From NCBI GenBank assembly GCA_965205975.1, contig OZ242195.1:1152001-1216000 (forward strand): 64,000 nt of DNA, written 5' to 3'. The position numbers and the translations under genes were made by a program. Position 1 is the stretch's first letter, and the number at the start of each line of letters is the position of its first letter. Origin of the DNA: Candidatus Latescibacterota bacterium. Lineage in GTDB: Bacteria > Latescibacterota > UBA2968. Below, piece by piece: positions 22,088-30,795 of the stretch. The notes beneath the pieces are model-generated. The model saw only the letters and a list, made by a program, of their open reading frames with translations. It did not search any database and had not been told where the DNA came from.

Positions 22088-23539
22088 TCAATACAGCGGC
22101 CTATAACGCAGGTCGCCGCCTTCTTGGCGTTGTTTTTTATAATCGGCTTCAAGTGCCTCTCGCACCCAGTATTGTGGGGCAGATGTGTAGTTCGATTGGT
22201 GTTTCTGGTTGTCAATCCAGTGCTCGAGCAAGCGGGATTTGAGGTTGTGTTCAACCGGGGCGAAGTGCGCGTCTCCCGCGCGATTGACGAGTTCGTCGGG
22301 ATCGTTTTCGAGGTCGTAAAGTTCGGCAGATCCATCGGCGTAGTGCGCGTATTTGTAGCGTTCGGTTCGCACCATAGCGCGACCACCGATTTCGCAAAAT
22401 GCGGCCTGTCGAATGGTCGCGGTGGGGTCTTTGAATAGTGGGCGAATGTCCTCTCCTTGAAGTGTGCTCGGCGGTTCGGCATCGCAGGCGTAATAAATAA
22501 GTGGTACGAGATCAATGATGCTGACAAGGCTCGATGCGCGCTGATGGGTGGGGACATCGGGACCGCGAATGATGAGGGGCACGCGCGACATGCAGTCGTA
22601 AAAGAAGCCTTTGAAGGGCAGGCCGTGATCGCCCAGTGCGTCGCCGTGATCGCTGGAGAAGACGATGAGGGTGTCGTCGAGTGCGCGGTGGGCTTCCAGT
22701 GCGGCGATGATTTTGCCAATGCCTTCGTCAATCAGGCTGATATTGGCGTAGTAGTGCTCGCGCCATTTGCGGTAGTGCTCTGGCGTGGCCTGTGAATAGT
22801 CCAGGCGAAACATGGAGTTGGACAGGCTGCCGCGACCGCGGTCTCTTTGTGCGGGCGGTTTGTCGGCGAGTTCTTCTGGGGAACCGACGGGGGCGGGGAT
22901 GGGCGCGTCGGCATACATAAGGGCCATGTCTTCTGGGGGGTCGTAGGGGTCGTGCGGTCCGGGAAAGCTGACCCATGCGGCAAAGGGATCGTTCCCATTT
23001 TGTTGGAGCCATTCGGCTGCTTGATCGCCGACAAAGCCATCGACGTGGAATTTGCGCTCGCGCGGTGTGATGGATGCGCCCAGATTTTCGTAATAACCCG
23101 GCAATGTGGTGGGGTGCGGTCGGTCGAGGCCGTGTGCAGCGAGAAATTGTACGTGGTGGTCGGGCAGGAAAATGTGCCGTTTGTCTTCGGCCATGATGCG
23201 TTCGTCAAAGCCCTGGTGCGAGTCCCAGGGGTGAAAGTGCATTTTGCCAATGGCTGCGGTGCGCCGTCCGGTTTGCGAAATGATGCGCGGCCAGGTTGGG
23301 ACATGATCGGGTAACCAGTTGCCATTGCCGAGCACGCCGGTCACGCTGGGGTACTGTCCGCTCATGATGGACGCGCGACAAGGTACGCATACAGGGGAGG
23401 GGACAATGCAGTGGTCAAATACCATGCCTTCGCGTGCAAGGCGGTCGAGGTTGGGGGTTTGCATAAAGTCGAGGCCGTAACAGGGCAGGCTGTCCCAGCG
23501 CTGTTGATCGGTGGTGATTAAAAGGAGGTTGCGAGCCAT
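22088..23539 (-). CDS. Sulfatase
   Basis: NLLLITTDQQR, CVPCRASIMSG, GKMH, SDHGD. Confidence 0.92.
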   Translation of the reverse strand: MARNLLLITTDQQRWDSLPCYGLDFMQTPNLDRLAREGMVFDHCIVPSPVCVPCRASIMSGQYPSVTGVLGNGNWLPDHVPTWPRIISQTGRRTAAIGKMHFHPWDSHQGFDERIMAEDKRHIFLPDHHVQFLAAHGLDRPHPTTLPGYYENLGASITPRERKFHVDGFVGDQAAEWLQQNGNDPFAAWVSFPGPHDPYDPPEDMALMYADAPIPAPVGSPEELADKPPAQRDRGRGSLSNSMFRLDYSQATPEHYRKWREHYYANISLIDEGIGKIIAALEAHRALDDTLIVFSSDHGDALGDHGLPFKGFFYDCMSRVPLIIRGPDVPTHQRASSLVSIIDLVPLIYYACDAEPPSTLQGEDIRPLFKDPTATIRQAAFCEIGGRAMVRTERYKYAHYADGSAELYDLENDPDELVNRAGDAHFAPVEHNLKSRLLEHWIDNQKHQSNYTSAPQYWVREALEADYKKQRQEGGDLRYRPLY

Positions 23540-23598
23540 AAGGTGCTCCAGAATAAGGGTGAGTTCAGGTGGGTCAAAAGGACGGGACAAGATAGGAC

Positions 23599-23635
23599 GG
23601 GGAAACAGGTATGGCAAAGTATTTCTGTTGGTCAA
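23599..23635. repeat. 37-bp direct repeat, copy 1
   Basis: GGGGAAACAGGTATGGCAAAGTATTTCTGTTGGTCAA; matches 25456-25492 with 2 mismatches. Confidence 0.9.
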
Positions 23636-23680
23636 ATAAAATAAAAATGGCCTACTCTGTATTATTCAGAGCAGGCCATT
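23636..23680 (-). terminator. Rho-independent terminator downstream of AAA gene
   Basis: AATGGCCTACTCTG/CAGAGCAGGCCATT stem with T-rich tail on minus strand. Confidence 0.7.
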
Positions 23681-23765
23681 GGCTTGCAATACTTCTTTAC
23701 GGTGTGTTCGTATTCCCACAAAAGTTAAAAGCGCCGGGCAATATTTATATCTTATAGATGGCAAA

Positions 23766-25313
23766 TCACGCACGTACAACTTCAAAGGCCGTTATATTGC
23801 GGGTGTTCTTACTGAACTCTACCCCGATCAGGTGAATCGGCTGATCCAGACCCCGATATTTGTCTGCGTATCCCTTTGCCTGCAATTGCGTCATTGCGGC
23901 ACCTTCGGACGCCAGTTCTACCACTTTGAACTCGAACAGGTAGATGTTATCGTTGAAGTGTACAGCCATATCGACACGCCCCTGGCTGCTGCTGTCCTCT
24001 ACCGTGATATTGAGGCCCAAGCCCGCAAAATAGGAATAGAACACGCTGGCATAGTAGCCTTCAAAATTGGCGATGTCGTTATTGGTGTACCATTCGTAGG
24101 GAATACTGGCAAAGAAGGCGTGGAATAAGGTCTCGAGACCGGCGAAGTCATTGGCCTCGAGCAGGCGGTAGAGTTGCACGCTGTTCTCCATCTGCCGCGA
24201 CGGGTCTTTCACCAGATAGCGCAACAGGCTTCGGTTGAGGCTCTGGCGTACTTCCCGATTGGGATAACCCAACCGATAGAATGACGTGCCGCCGAGATTT
24301 TCCTCACCAGTAATGGTCAAATACCCAGTTTGAAATAACAGGGCCTCGGTCGCAATTTCATCCACATCGAAAGTTGATAGCAAGTCGCTACTGCCGATCA
24401 TGTCGTCGAGTTTCAAGGAACTGACCTGACGTTTGAACAGGGTTTCAATGAGGAAGGTAGGCGTACCTGTCTCAAACCAATATGTGCCGAAGGTGCGCTT
24501 GTCGAAGAGCAGGAGGATGTCGAAGGGGTTGTACACCTTCTCCTCACCCAGCCAGCTATAGCCGTTATACCAGTCGCGGATCTCATCCCGATCCAGACCC
24601 GGCAGTTCGGGGGTGAATACTGTATCGAGGTCCTCTTCGGTATAGCCACAGATAGCCGAGTAGCGCGCATCCAGCGTGATATCCTTCAGGTTGTTGAGAC
24701 CAGAGAACAGATGCACCTTGGAAAACTTGCTGACGCCCGTGAGAAATGTGAACTTGATATAGGCATCATTGGACTTGATCGTCGAATACAGACCGCGCAG
24801 AAAGTCGCGGTTGTCGCGCGCAATCTCCGGTTCTTCCAGAGCATCGAGTATTGGCTTGTCGTATTCATCAACCAGAACGACAACGCGTTGTCCTGCTTTT
24901 TCGTGAAGGATTTCCAAAATAGATGCGAAGCGTCCGGGGGCTGTGGTGTATTCGGAAACGATTTTCGCCCGACGTTCTATGGCCGCGAGTTGTTCCATCA
25001 CATTCGCCTGCAGGTAGCCCGCTTCTTTGAAATTGCCCCTGCCAAAGTCGAGGCACAGTACAGGATAGCGAATAGACCAGTCCCACTGGTCGTGGATGTA
25101 CAGCCCTTCAAACAGCGGTTCATTGCCCTCAAACAGTTCTTTCAGCGTGTCCAGAAACAGGCTTTTGCCAAAGCGTCTCGGACGCGATAAAAAATAGTGC
25201 GTGCCCTCGTCCATCAGTCGCCGTATGTAGGCCGTTTTATCGACATAGTAAAAGTTTTCTTCCCGGATTTTGCGGAAGGTCTGAATGCCGATGGGCAGTC
25301 TGCGTCTGGTCAT
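23766..25313 (-). CDS. AAA-ATPase-like domain plus C-terminal PD-(D/E)XK nuclease
   Basis: LPIGIQTF, YYVDKT, RPRRFGKS, LVDEYDKP, GRVDM..YLFEFK. Confidence 0.9.
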   Translation of the reverse strand: MTRRRLPIGIQTFRKIREENFYYVDKTAYIRRLMDEGTHYFLSRPRRFGKSLFLDTLKELFEGNEPLFEGLYIHDQWDWSIRYPVLCLDFGRGNFKEAGYLQANVMEQLAAIERRAKIVSEYTTAPGRFASILEILHEKAGQRVVVLVDEYDKPILDALEEPEIARDNRDFLRGLYSTIKSNDAYIKFTFLTGVSKFSKVHLFSGLNNLKDITLDARYSAICGYTEEDLDTVFTPELPGLDRDEIRDWYNGYSWLGEEKVYNPFDILLLFDKRTFGTYWFETGTPTFLIETLFKRQVSSLKLDDMIGSSDLLSTFDVDEIATEALLFQTGYLTITGEENLGGTSFYRLGYPNREVRQSLNRSLLRYLVKDPSRQMENSVQLYRLLEANDFAGLETLFHAFFASIPYEWYTNNDIANFEGYYASVFYSYFAGLGLNITVEDSSSQGRVDMAVHFNDNIYLFEFKVVELASEGAAMTQLQAKGYADKYRGLDQPIHLIGVEFSKNTRNITAFEVVRA

Positions 25314-25407
25314 TATGATGCACCTTTTTCTTTCGACATTTGCAGTTATCTGCAATTTACTCGAAAAAACAGGGGTTTGCAACGGCATTCTTGCGTATGA
25401 GGTAAAG

Positions 25408-25455
25408 AGTTAAAATCTCCGGGCAATCCGAAAACCGTCATAGCTGAGCCGGAAA
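25408..25455 (-). repeat. Orphan copy of an FGE-domain gene 3' end
   Basis: 39/48 identity to 30794-30841; translates FRLSYDGFRIARRF-stop with no start; shorter copy (IARRF-stop) at 23723-23742. Confidence 0.8.
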
Positions 25456-25492
25456 GGGGACACAGGTATGGCAAAGTATTTCTGTTAGTCAA
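25456..25492. repeat. 37-bp direct repeat, copy 2
   Basis: GGGGACACAGGTATGGCAAAGTATTTCTGTTAGTCAA. Confidence 0.9.
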
Positions 25493-25502
25493 GTTAAAAA
25501 AA

Positions 25503-25531
25503 TTGACGTTGACCCAAACAAGTTTTATGTT
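25503..25531 (+). promoter_or_regulatory. Sigma70-like promoter for ATPase operon
   Basis: TTGACG-17 nt-TATGTT upstream of GAGGAGG RBS. Confidence 0.5.
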
Positions 25532-25584
25532 AGTATTTATTGAAGTATATCCCGTTTAGCATCTGTTTGTCGAGGAGGCGTGCA

Positions 25585-26778
25585 ATGTTACAGGAATTTC
25601 GCGTCGATAATTTTAAGTCTTTGATTAACATTGTATTTAAGCCGCAGGAAATCAATCTGCTTCTTGGTAAGAACAATTCTGGTAAGACAAACCTCTGTCA
25701 GGCTTTGCAGTTTGTGGGGTGTAGTTCAATTTTCCCGCTCAATGAGTGTGCGGAACAAGTTGCAGGTGGACGGTTTGGTATGACCAATTTCGCATTTGAT
25801 AAATCCACTATAGATTTTTATGTCCGGGCAGAAGTGCCCTATGAAGAGGCGGCTTTGATCTTTGAGTATGAACTGACCATCTCGCCGCCGAGGTACAGTA
25901 TTGGAGAAGGAAAAATAATTGGAGAACCAATAGTAAAAGTTGATCGAGAGGTCTTAACCGTTACGGGTGGAAAATTTGACAAAATCATTTTACTCGAAAA
26001 TATCTCCGGCAGGATTAGGGTTTTGCATGAGAAAGATTTTATTGATGGCAGGGATAATTATGAGAAAAAGAGTGCTCCTGTAGATACAACAATGTTGCAG
26101 CGTCTCTATGATGGGGAAACCAATGCACGAGCTAATCATTTCAAACGCTATTTAGGCAATTGGGTTTGTTACGATTTGTCGCCTGCTGCTATGAGGGAAT
26201 CGGACTATAAGCCCAATGAATTTGTTCTCAGTACAGATGGGAGCAATCTCGCATCTGTGCTCTACTGGTTAAAGACCTCCAATGAACGGGATTATCGCAA
26301 GCTGGTGAAAGTCATGCAAGTGATTGAGCCGAAAATTGAGTTTATCAATTTTTCCGTTGTCTCAGAAAGTGTCGTAGGTATGCTTTTTGAAGATTCTGAG
26401 AGATATACATTGCCCTTCTGGAAAGCCTCAAATGGGACACTTCGATTTTTGGCTCTGTCTTATGTCTTATTAATTCAATCACAACGGATAATGGATTCGC
26501 GTCCATTGCTCATGATTGAGGAGCCTGAAAATGGCATTTATGTCGGTTTTCTAAAAACGCTACTCGAAATGGTTGATCAATCTCAGGGACCGCAGATCAT
26601 TTTTACCTCGCACGCGCCTTATTTTATCGATCTTTTTGACAAGTATTTGGACGGGATTTTTGTACTTAATCGTGACGAACAGCACACCTCAATTACGCAA
26701 CCGGATATTGATGAGGTGAAGACACGCCTTGAACATTTTCCATTGGGAGAGCAGCATTTTCGGGAGATGTTGGGATGA
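25585..26778 (+). CDS. ABC-type (AAA_21/AbiEii-like) ATPase
   Basis: NFKS, Walker A GKNNSGKT, SNGTLRF signature, Walker B LLMIEEPENG, TSH. Confidence 0.88.
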   Translation: MLQEFRVDNFKSLINIVFKPQEINLLLGKNNSGKTNLCQALQFVGCSSIFPLNECAEQVAGGRFGMTNFAFDKSTIDFYVRAEVPYEEAALIFEYELTISPPRYSIGEGKIIGEPIVKVDREVLTVTGGKFDKIILLENISGRIRVLHEKDFIDGRDNYEKKSAPVDTTMLQRLYDGETNARANHFKRYLGNWVCYDLSPAAMRESDYKPNEFVLSTDGSNLASVLYWLKTSNERDYRKLVKVMQVIEPKIEFINFSVVSESVVGMLFEDSERYTLPFWKASNGTLRFLALSYVLLIQSQRIMDSRPLLMIEEPENGIYVGFLKTLLEMVDQSQGPQIIFTSHAPYFIDLFDKYLDGIFVLNRDEQHTSITQPDIDEVKTRLEHFPLGEQHFREMLG

Positions 26779-27365
26779 AGATTGGGTATTATGTGCAGGG
26801 AGATGCAGATGAGGCAGTTGTCTGGGGACTCAGGAAACGCTGGTGTCCCGATGCGGAATTGGCGGAGGGACAGTTCCGGGGTGCTTCAAAGGAATCTTTC
26901 AGGCGGGAGATTGCTAATTCCCTGATGGATTTGAAAAGCGATAAAAGGTGTGATGTTATTGTTGTTTTAACAGATGCCGATGCGAATCGCTGGCAGAGGG
27001 TAAAACAAGCTGAAAGAAAAAAAATTCCCGCAGACTGTCAGCATTTGACCCTTTTTGGTGTGGCTGAGGAAAATATTGAATGCTGGCTGGCGATTGACCA
27101 AGAAGCACTCGCCCGTGAACTGAAATGCCAGGAGGAGGATATTCCCACAGATAACCCTTCTAAATCAAATTTTATTAAACGGCGTTTTGGGTTGACACAA
27201 CGGGATAAGAAACAGGATGCAAAAGCGCGTATTTGCAATTATGTCGCGCAAGCCTCCTTGAGGGAGTGGATTGAGGGTTCGGGTTCCTTTGAGGATTTTT
27301 ATAAAGAGGCACGTCGCTGGGCTGCCCAAAATGAGTGCTCGATTCCCAATGAAAGGGAAAGGTAG
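26775..27365 (+). CDS. ATPase partner, DUF4276/RloB-like (TOPRIM-fold-like)
   Basis: YVQGDAD, VVLTDAD, NIECWL pattern; ATGA-coupled to ATPase. Confidence 0.6.
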   Translation: MKIGYYVQGDADEAVVWGLRKRWCPDAELAEGQFRGASKESFRREIANSLMDLKSDKRCDVIVVLTDADANRWQRVKQAERKKIPADCQHLTLFGVAEENIECWLAIDQEALARELKCQEEDIPTDNPSKSNFIKRRFGLTQRDKKQDAKARICNYVAQASLREWIEGSGSFEDFYKEARRWAAQNECSIPNERER

Positions 27366-27388
27366 ATAGCTATCTGTCTGGACTGGGC

Positions 27389-27649
27389 GTGGGCACGGCG
27401 GGTTTTTATATGCGTGACGATAATGACGAGCCTAATCATTATGTGGTCTCGAACAACCACGTCATTGATGGATCGAATATGGCGGGTATCGGAGACATGG
27501 TTGTTCAACCCGGGACACTCGACTTGACGAGTCTTGAATTACGTTCAATGCCAAATATCGTCTCACTGGGCGCGCAGGCGAAAATCGGAAAATTGGATGG
27601 CTTTGTGCCGATTCAATTTCTGACGTCGGGAAATATACCGCGGACGTAA
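27389..27649 (+). pseudogene. Fragment of a trypsin-like (S1) serine protease
   Basis: GTAGF..YVVSNNHV..GDMVVQPG; stops before catalytic Asp/Ser. Confidence 0.6.
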
Positions 27650-27714
27650 TTAATGAATTGTGCACTGCTACAGGGTTAAACCTGGATGTGGTTACTGGTT
27701 GAAGGAGGTACATA

Positions 27715-28005
27715 ATGAGACGAGCGACATTTAGCGAACTTCAGGATTTACTGACGGCGAGACCAGCAAGAATTTTGGCTGAAATCGACAATGCGGATGC
27801 ACAGTTATCGATCCCCCTTGATGGACAAGGGGTGCGAGTCTTGGTGGAGACACGAACAGATAGAGAAGCAGCGCGTGTTCCTACGTCGCTACGCGTGTCA
27901 ATTAGTGGTGAGCTAGTCAATGTTCCCTTGGAAGCGCGGGCAACTGCTCAAGACTACGAATTGTTGGACACCGTACAATCGTCAAACCTGACCTCGATGC
28001 AGTGA
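27715..28005 (+). CDS. Hypothetical protein
   Basis: AAGGAGG RBS, 96-aa ORF. Confidence 0.6.
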   Translation: MRRATFSELQDLLTARPARILAEIDNADAQLSIPLDGQGVRVLVETRTDREAARVPTSLRVSISGELVNVPLEARATAQDYELLDTVQSSNLTSMQ

Positions 28006-28078
28006 GGTGGCTGACATCATGATGAAATGCTCATTGGACAAATTCTGAAAAATTCTCCTGTAAGCATAGAGGAAGAAA

Positions 28079-28348
28079 ATGGATCAAAATGAACGAAGAA
28101 CGATAAAGGATATTGTCAAAGTGCTCTATCATTCAAGGGGTGATTGGCGCACGCCAGGGGGCATAGCGCGAGATCTCGAAATTCCTTCTGAAACGGTAAC
28201 CCAAATCATCAAAGACCATCGAGAATTTTTTATTTTAGCAGATGACGAACCTGCGAAATTTGCTTTTCTTCCCAGCGGTTTCGATGCCGTGTCACTCACT
28301 GATCGTGCGCGGAACTTATATCTCCAGGAGCTAACCCTGAGTTCATAG
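28079..28348 (+). CDS. Small hypothetical protein, possible winged HTH
   Basis: GAGGA RBS; WRTPGGIARDLEIPSETV HTH-like pattern. Confidence 0.55.
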   Translation: MDQNERRTIKDIVKVLYHSRGDWRTPGGIARDLEIPSETVTQIIKDHREFFILADDEPAKFAFLPSGFDAVSLTDRARNLYLQELTLSS

Positions 28349-28391
28349 CAAAGACGTATCCGGTGAGCGTTGTTCTGTACTGCAAAGATTA

Positions 28392-28434
28392 GTGGTGTCC
28401 CTTCCCTACAAGGGCAGGGCAAAAGGGACACCAC
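28392..28434. other. Strong inverted repeat between convergent genes
   Basis: GTGGTGTCCCTT/AAGGGACACCAC 12-bp stem, no T tail. Confidence 0.65.
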
Positions 28435-28487
28435 CCCCACCTCATCAGGACCATCCCTGGACGCCCCGTTGCACTCTCGGCAATACC

Positions 28488-29564
28488 TTAGTGCTGTCCG
28501 TTTGAGCCGACGAGAGTGCGGGCAACGCGAAAACCTGTAAGGCTGTTCCGTTTTACGGGTTTGAGAGTGTCGCGATTGGCCGACCGCAGGTCACTCTGAT
28601 TACTATTCCACGAACCGCCGCGTACCACATGCTGACCACAGTCCTTAGACTCCCAGGCATATCCGTCCACGGATGATTCCTTGTAATTGTCTCTCCAGCA
28701 ATCCTGCACCCATTCCTGCACGTTACCGTGCATGTCGTGAAGACCCCAACCATTAGCCTCGAACGAGCCCACTGGGGCTGTCTTTTGATTATCCCACTGA
28801 CTACCGCAGTTCTTGCAATTAGCACGGTTATGATCAATCTTATCCCCCCAGTTATACTTTGTCACTGAGCCAGTACGCGCCGCATACTCCCACTCCGCCT
28901 CACTCGGCAAACGATAGCCTTTGCCCGTCTTGAACGACAGCCACTGCGTATATGCCACCGCATCATCCCACGAGACGTTGATCACAGGACGCCGACCACG
29001 CTCCCAGTCTTCATCATTCGCACTTTCGCGCCCAGTCGCATCTGTAAAGTGATCATACTCCTCAAACGTTACCTCGTATTTCGATAGCGCAAACGATCCT
29101 ATCCGCACCTCCTGCACCGGTTTCTCGTCTTTCTCGCAGCCTATATTCGACACACAACCCATCCGAAAACGCCCCGGCGGAATCACCACCATCTTCGGAC
29201 CAATAAACATCTGCTCAGCCTTGACCAACAACGCCAGTGCCTTCTCATAGGATCCGCCATTCTTCCCCGCTGTCGCTAAATATTTATTTATTGAGTCAAT
29301 CGCGGTCTGGATAAAGCCTGCTGAAAAGGCAACTCGGGCATATTCAAAGTAGAACTCGTCAGATAACGTAAAATTTCGCTCTTTTTGCAGAGCGTTGATC
29401 TTATTCATCATATAGAGAGCATTCCCATAGTCTTTTTGGGCAAGTAGTTGTTTTACCTGAAGCTGGTATTTATCCGCTATAATCTCCGGCGAAAGTTCGG
29501 CTGATACAATCGTGAAAACTCCCAACAAAACGACAATGAAAATGCTCCTAATTACATCCCGCAT
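28488..29564 (-). CDS. Secreted TPR-like plus FGE-sulfatase (CLec-fold) domain protein, non-catalytic
   Basis: Signal peptide, helical N-terminus, RLPSEAEWEYAAR, DMHGNVQEW, RGGSW..GFRVAR; no FGE active-site Cys pair. Confidence 0.88.
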   Translation of the reverse strand: MRDVIRSIFIVVLLGVFTIVSAELSPEIIADKYQLQVKQLLAQKDYGNALYMMNKINALQKERNFTLSDEFYFEYARVAFSAGFIQTAIDSINKYLATAGKNGGSYEKALALLVKAEQMFIGPKMVVIPPGRFRMGCVSNIGCEKDEKPVQEVRIGSFALSKYEVTFEEYDHFTDATGRESANDEDWERGRRPVINVSWDDAVAYTQWLSFKTGKGYRLPSEAEWEYAARTGSVTKYNWGDKIDHNRANCKNCGSQWDNQKTAPVGSFEANGWGLHDMHGNVQEWVQDCWRDNYKESSVDGYAWESKDCGQHVVRGGSWNSNQSDLRSANRDTLKPVKRNSLTGFRVARTLVGSNGQH

Positions 29565-29616
29565 GATGTTTCTCCTTAATCCTTATCAAATTTTACCTCA
29601 GGGACACCTCAGCCTA

Positions 29617-30759
29617 TCAGCCGACTATCTTTCCAATCAAATTTGGAATCCAATTGCCGATGTCGATAGGCAATGCAATCCCACACACAAAGGCCCAATT
29701 TGTGTGATCAATCAGAGGCGTACCGTAGAAAATTGGGCTTCCATCCCTGGGATCGAAGGTCGGGAATCCGTCGTAGTCCTCAGGTTCATTCAATTCCTTG
29801 AAGCGATCAAAATTCCACTTGATCGCTTTATAATAGTTGATGCTATCGCGGCTCGTGTTCTCGACTGATCGTTTTTCTAGTACCTTCTCATCTATGTCCG
29901 CCACTAACTCTTTCGCTGCTTCCTCGAATCCAGACCTTAATTTTTGCTCGGTACGCATCGAGACCCCCAAAAAAATTTCAGGAAACCGAGGGATACGGAA
30001 TGTAAAGCCACCAACGAAACCATCTATGATTTTCGAGCTATCGACTCCAAACTCTAAGGATAGCAATAAGTCCAAGGAATTAAAGCAATTCAGCAGGAAG
30101 CCAGTATTTAGAGAGGGCTGGAAATAGCCATCATATTTGATTAACACTGCATCATTCTCCACCTTAAAGTCCTTCCCCCTGAATCTCCAACTCCCGCCCA
30201 CCCCAAGAACGGGACGAATAATGGGATCATTTGAGGCGACTGGGCCGGGAGCCATACCTTCGATGTTTTTAGGGCTTGCTTCGATAGTCCAGGCGATTTC
30301 ACCATTCTTTGTCGCATTCTTCGGAGCTATGACTTCGAAGTTAAACTTTTTGTCTGCATTGTCAGTTGGTAGGAATTTGATCTGAAGTTGTAGGGTCCCA
30401 TCTTTTAATCGCTTCTGTCGTAGTGAGTATTCTATTTTGGGTGTTACGCTTTTTTTCTCTGTCAGCGAGTCTTTCTCCGTTGAGATCACAATCCTCTCTG
30501 TCAGTGAGTCTTTCTCCGTTGAGGTCACGATCCTTTTTTCCAGTGAGTATTCCGTTGTCCGTGGTGCTTGCTTGACGTATGCGGATCTGGGGATCTTAAG
30601 CTCAACGACCAATGAATTGTCCATTTGTGGGCATATCACTGAATAGGTCCATACGTTTTGTTCATCTCGTACGTTGAAACCCATAAACTCAAGGTTCTGA
30701 GCGTTGGCAGAAGCTACAGTAGCAATCATCAGTGTGAATAGAAAAATTGATCTGGTCAA
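29617..30759 (-). CDS. Secreted hypothetical protein with 13-aa tandem duplication
   Basis: AAAGGAG RBS, TTG start, signal peptide ending ASANA; RIVTSTEKDSLTE/RIVISTEKDSLTE. Confidence 0.75.
   Translation of the reverse strand: MTRSIFLFTLMIATVASANAQNLEFMGFNVRDEQNVWTYSVICPQMDNSLVVELKIPRSAYVKQAPRTTEYSLEKRIVTSTEKDSLTERIVISTEKDSLTEKKSVTPKIEYSLRQKRLKDGTLQLQIKFLPTDNADKKFNFEVIAPKNATKNGEIAWTIEASPKNIEGMAPGPVASNDPIIRPVLGVGGSWRFRGKDFKVENDAVLIKYDGYFQPSLNTGFLLNCFNSLDLLLSLEFGVDSSKIIDGFVGGFTFRIPRFPEIFLGVSMRTEQKLRSGFEEAAKELVADIDEKVLEKRSVENTSRDSINYYKAIKWNFDRFKELNEPEDYDGFPTFDPRDGSPIFYGTPLIDHTNWAFVCGIALPIDIGNWIPNLIGKIVG
30457..30534. repeat. 39-bp tandem repeat x2 (intragenic)
   Basis: CTCTGTCAGYGAGTCTTTCTCCGTTGAGRTCACRATCCT twice. 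Confidence 0.9.
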
Positions 30760-30795
30760 GCCTCTCTCCTTTTCTAAAAAATAAAAACGCAGAAG

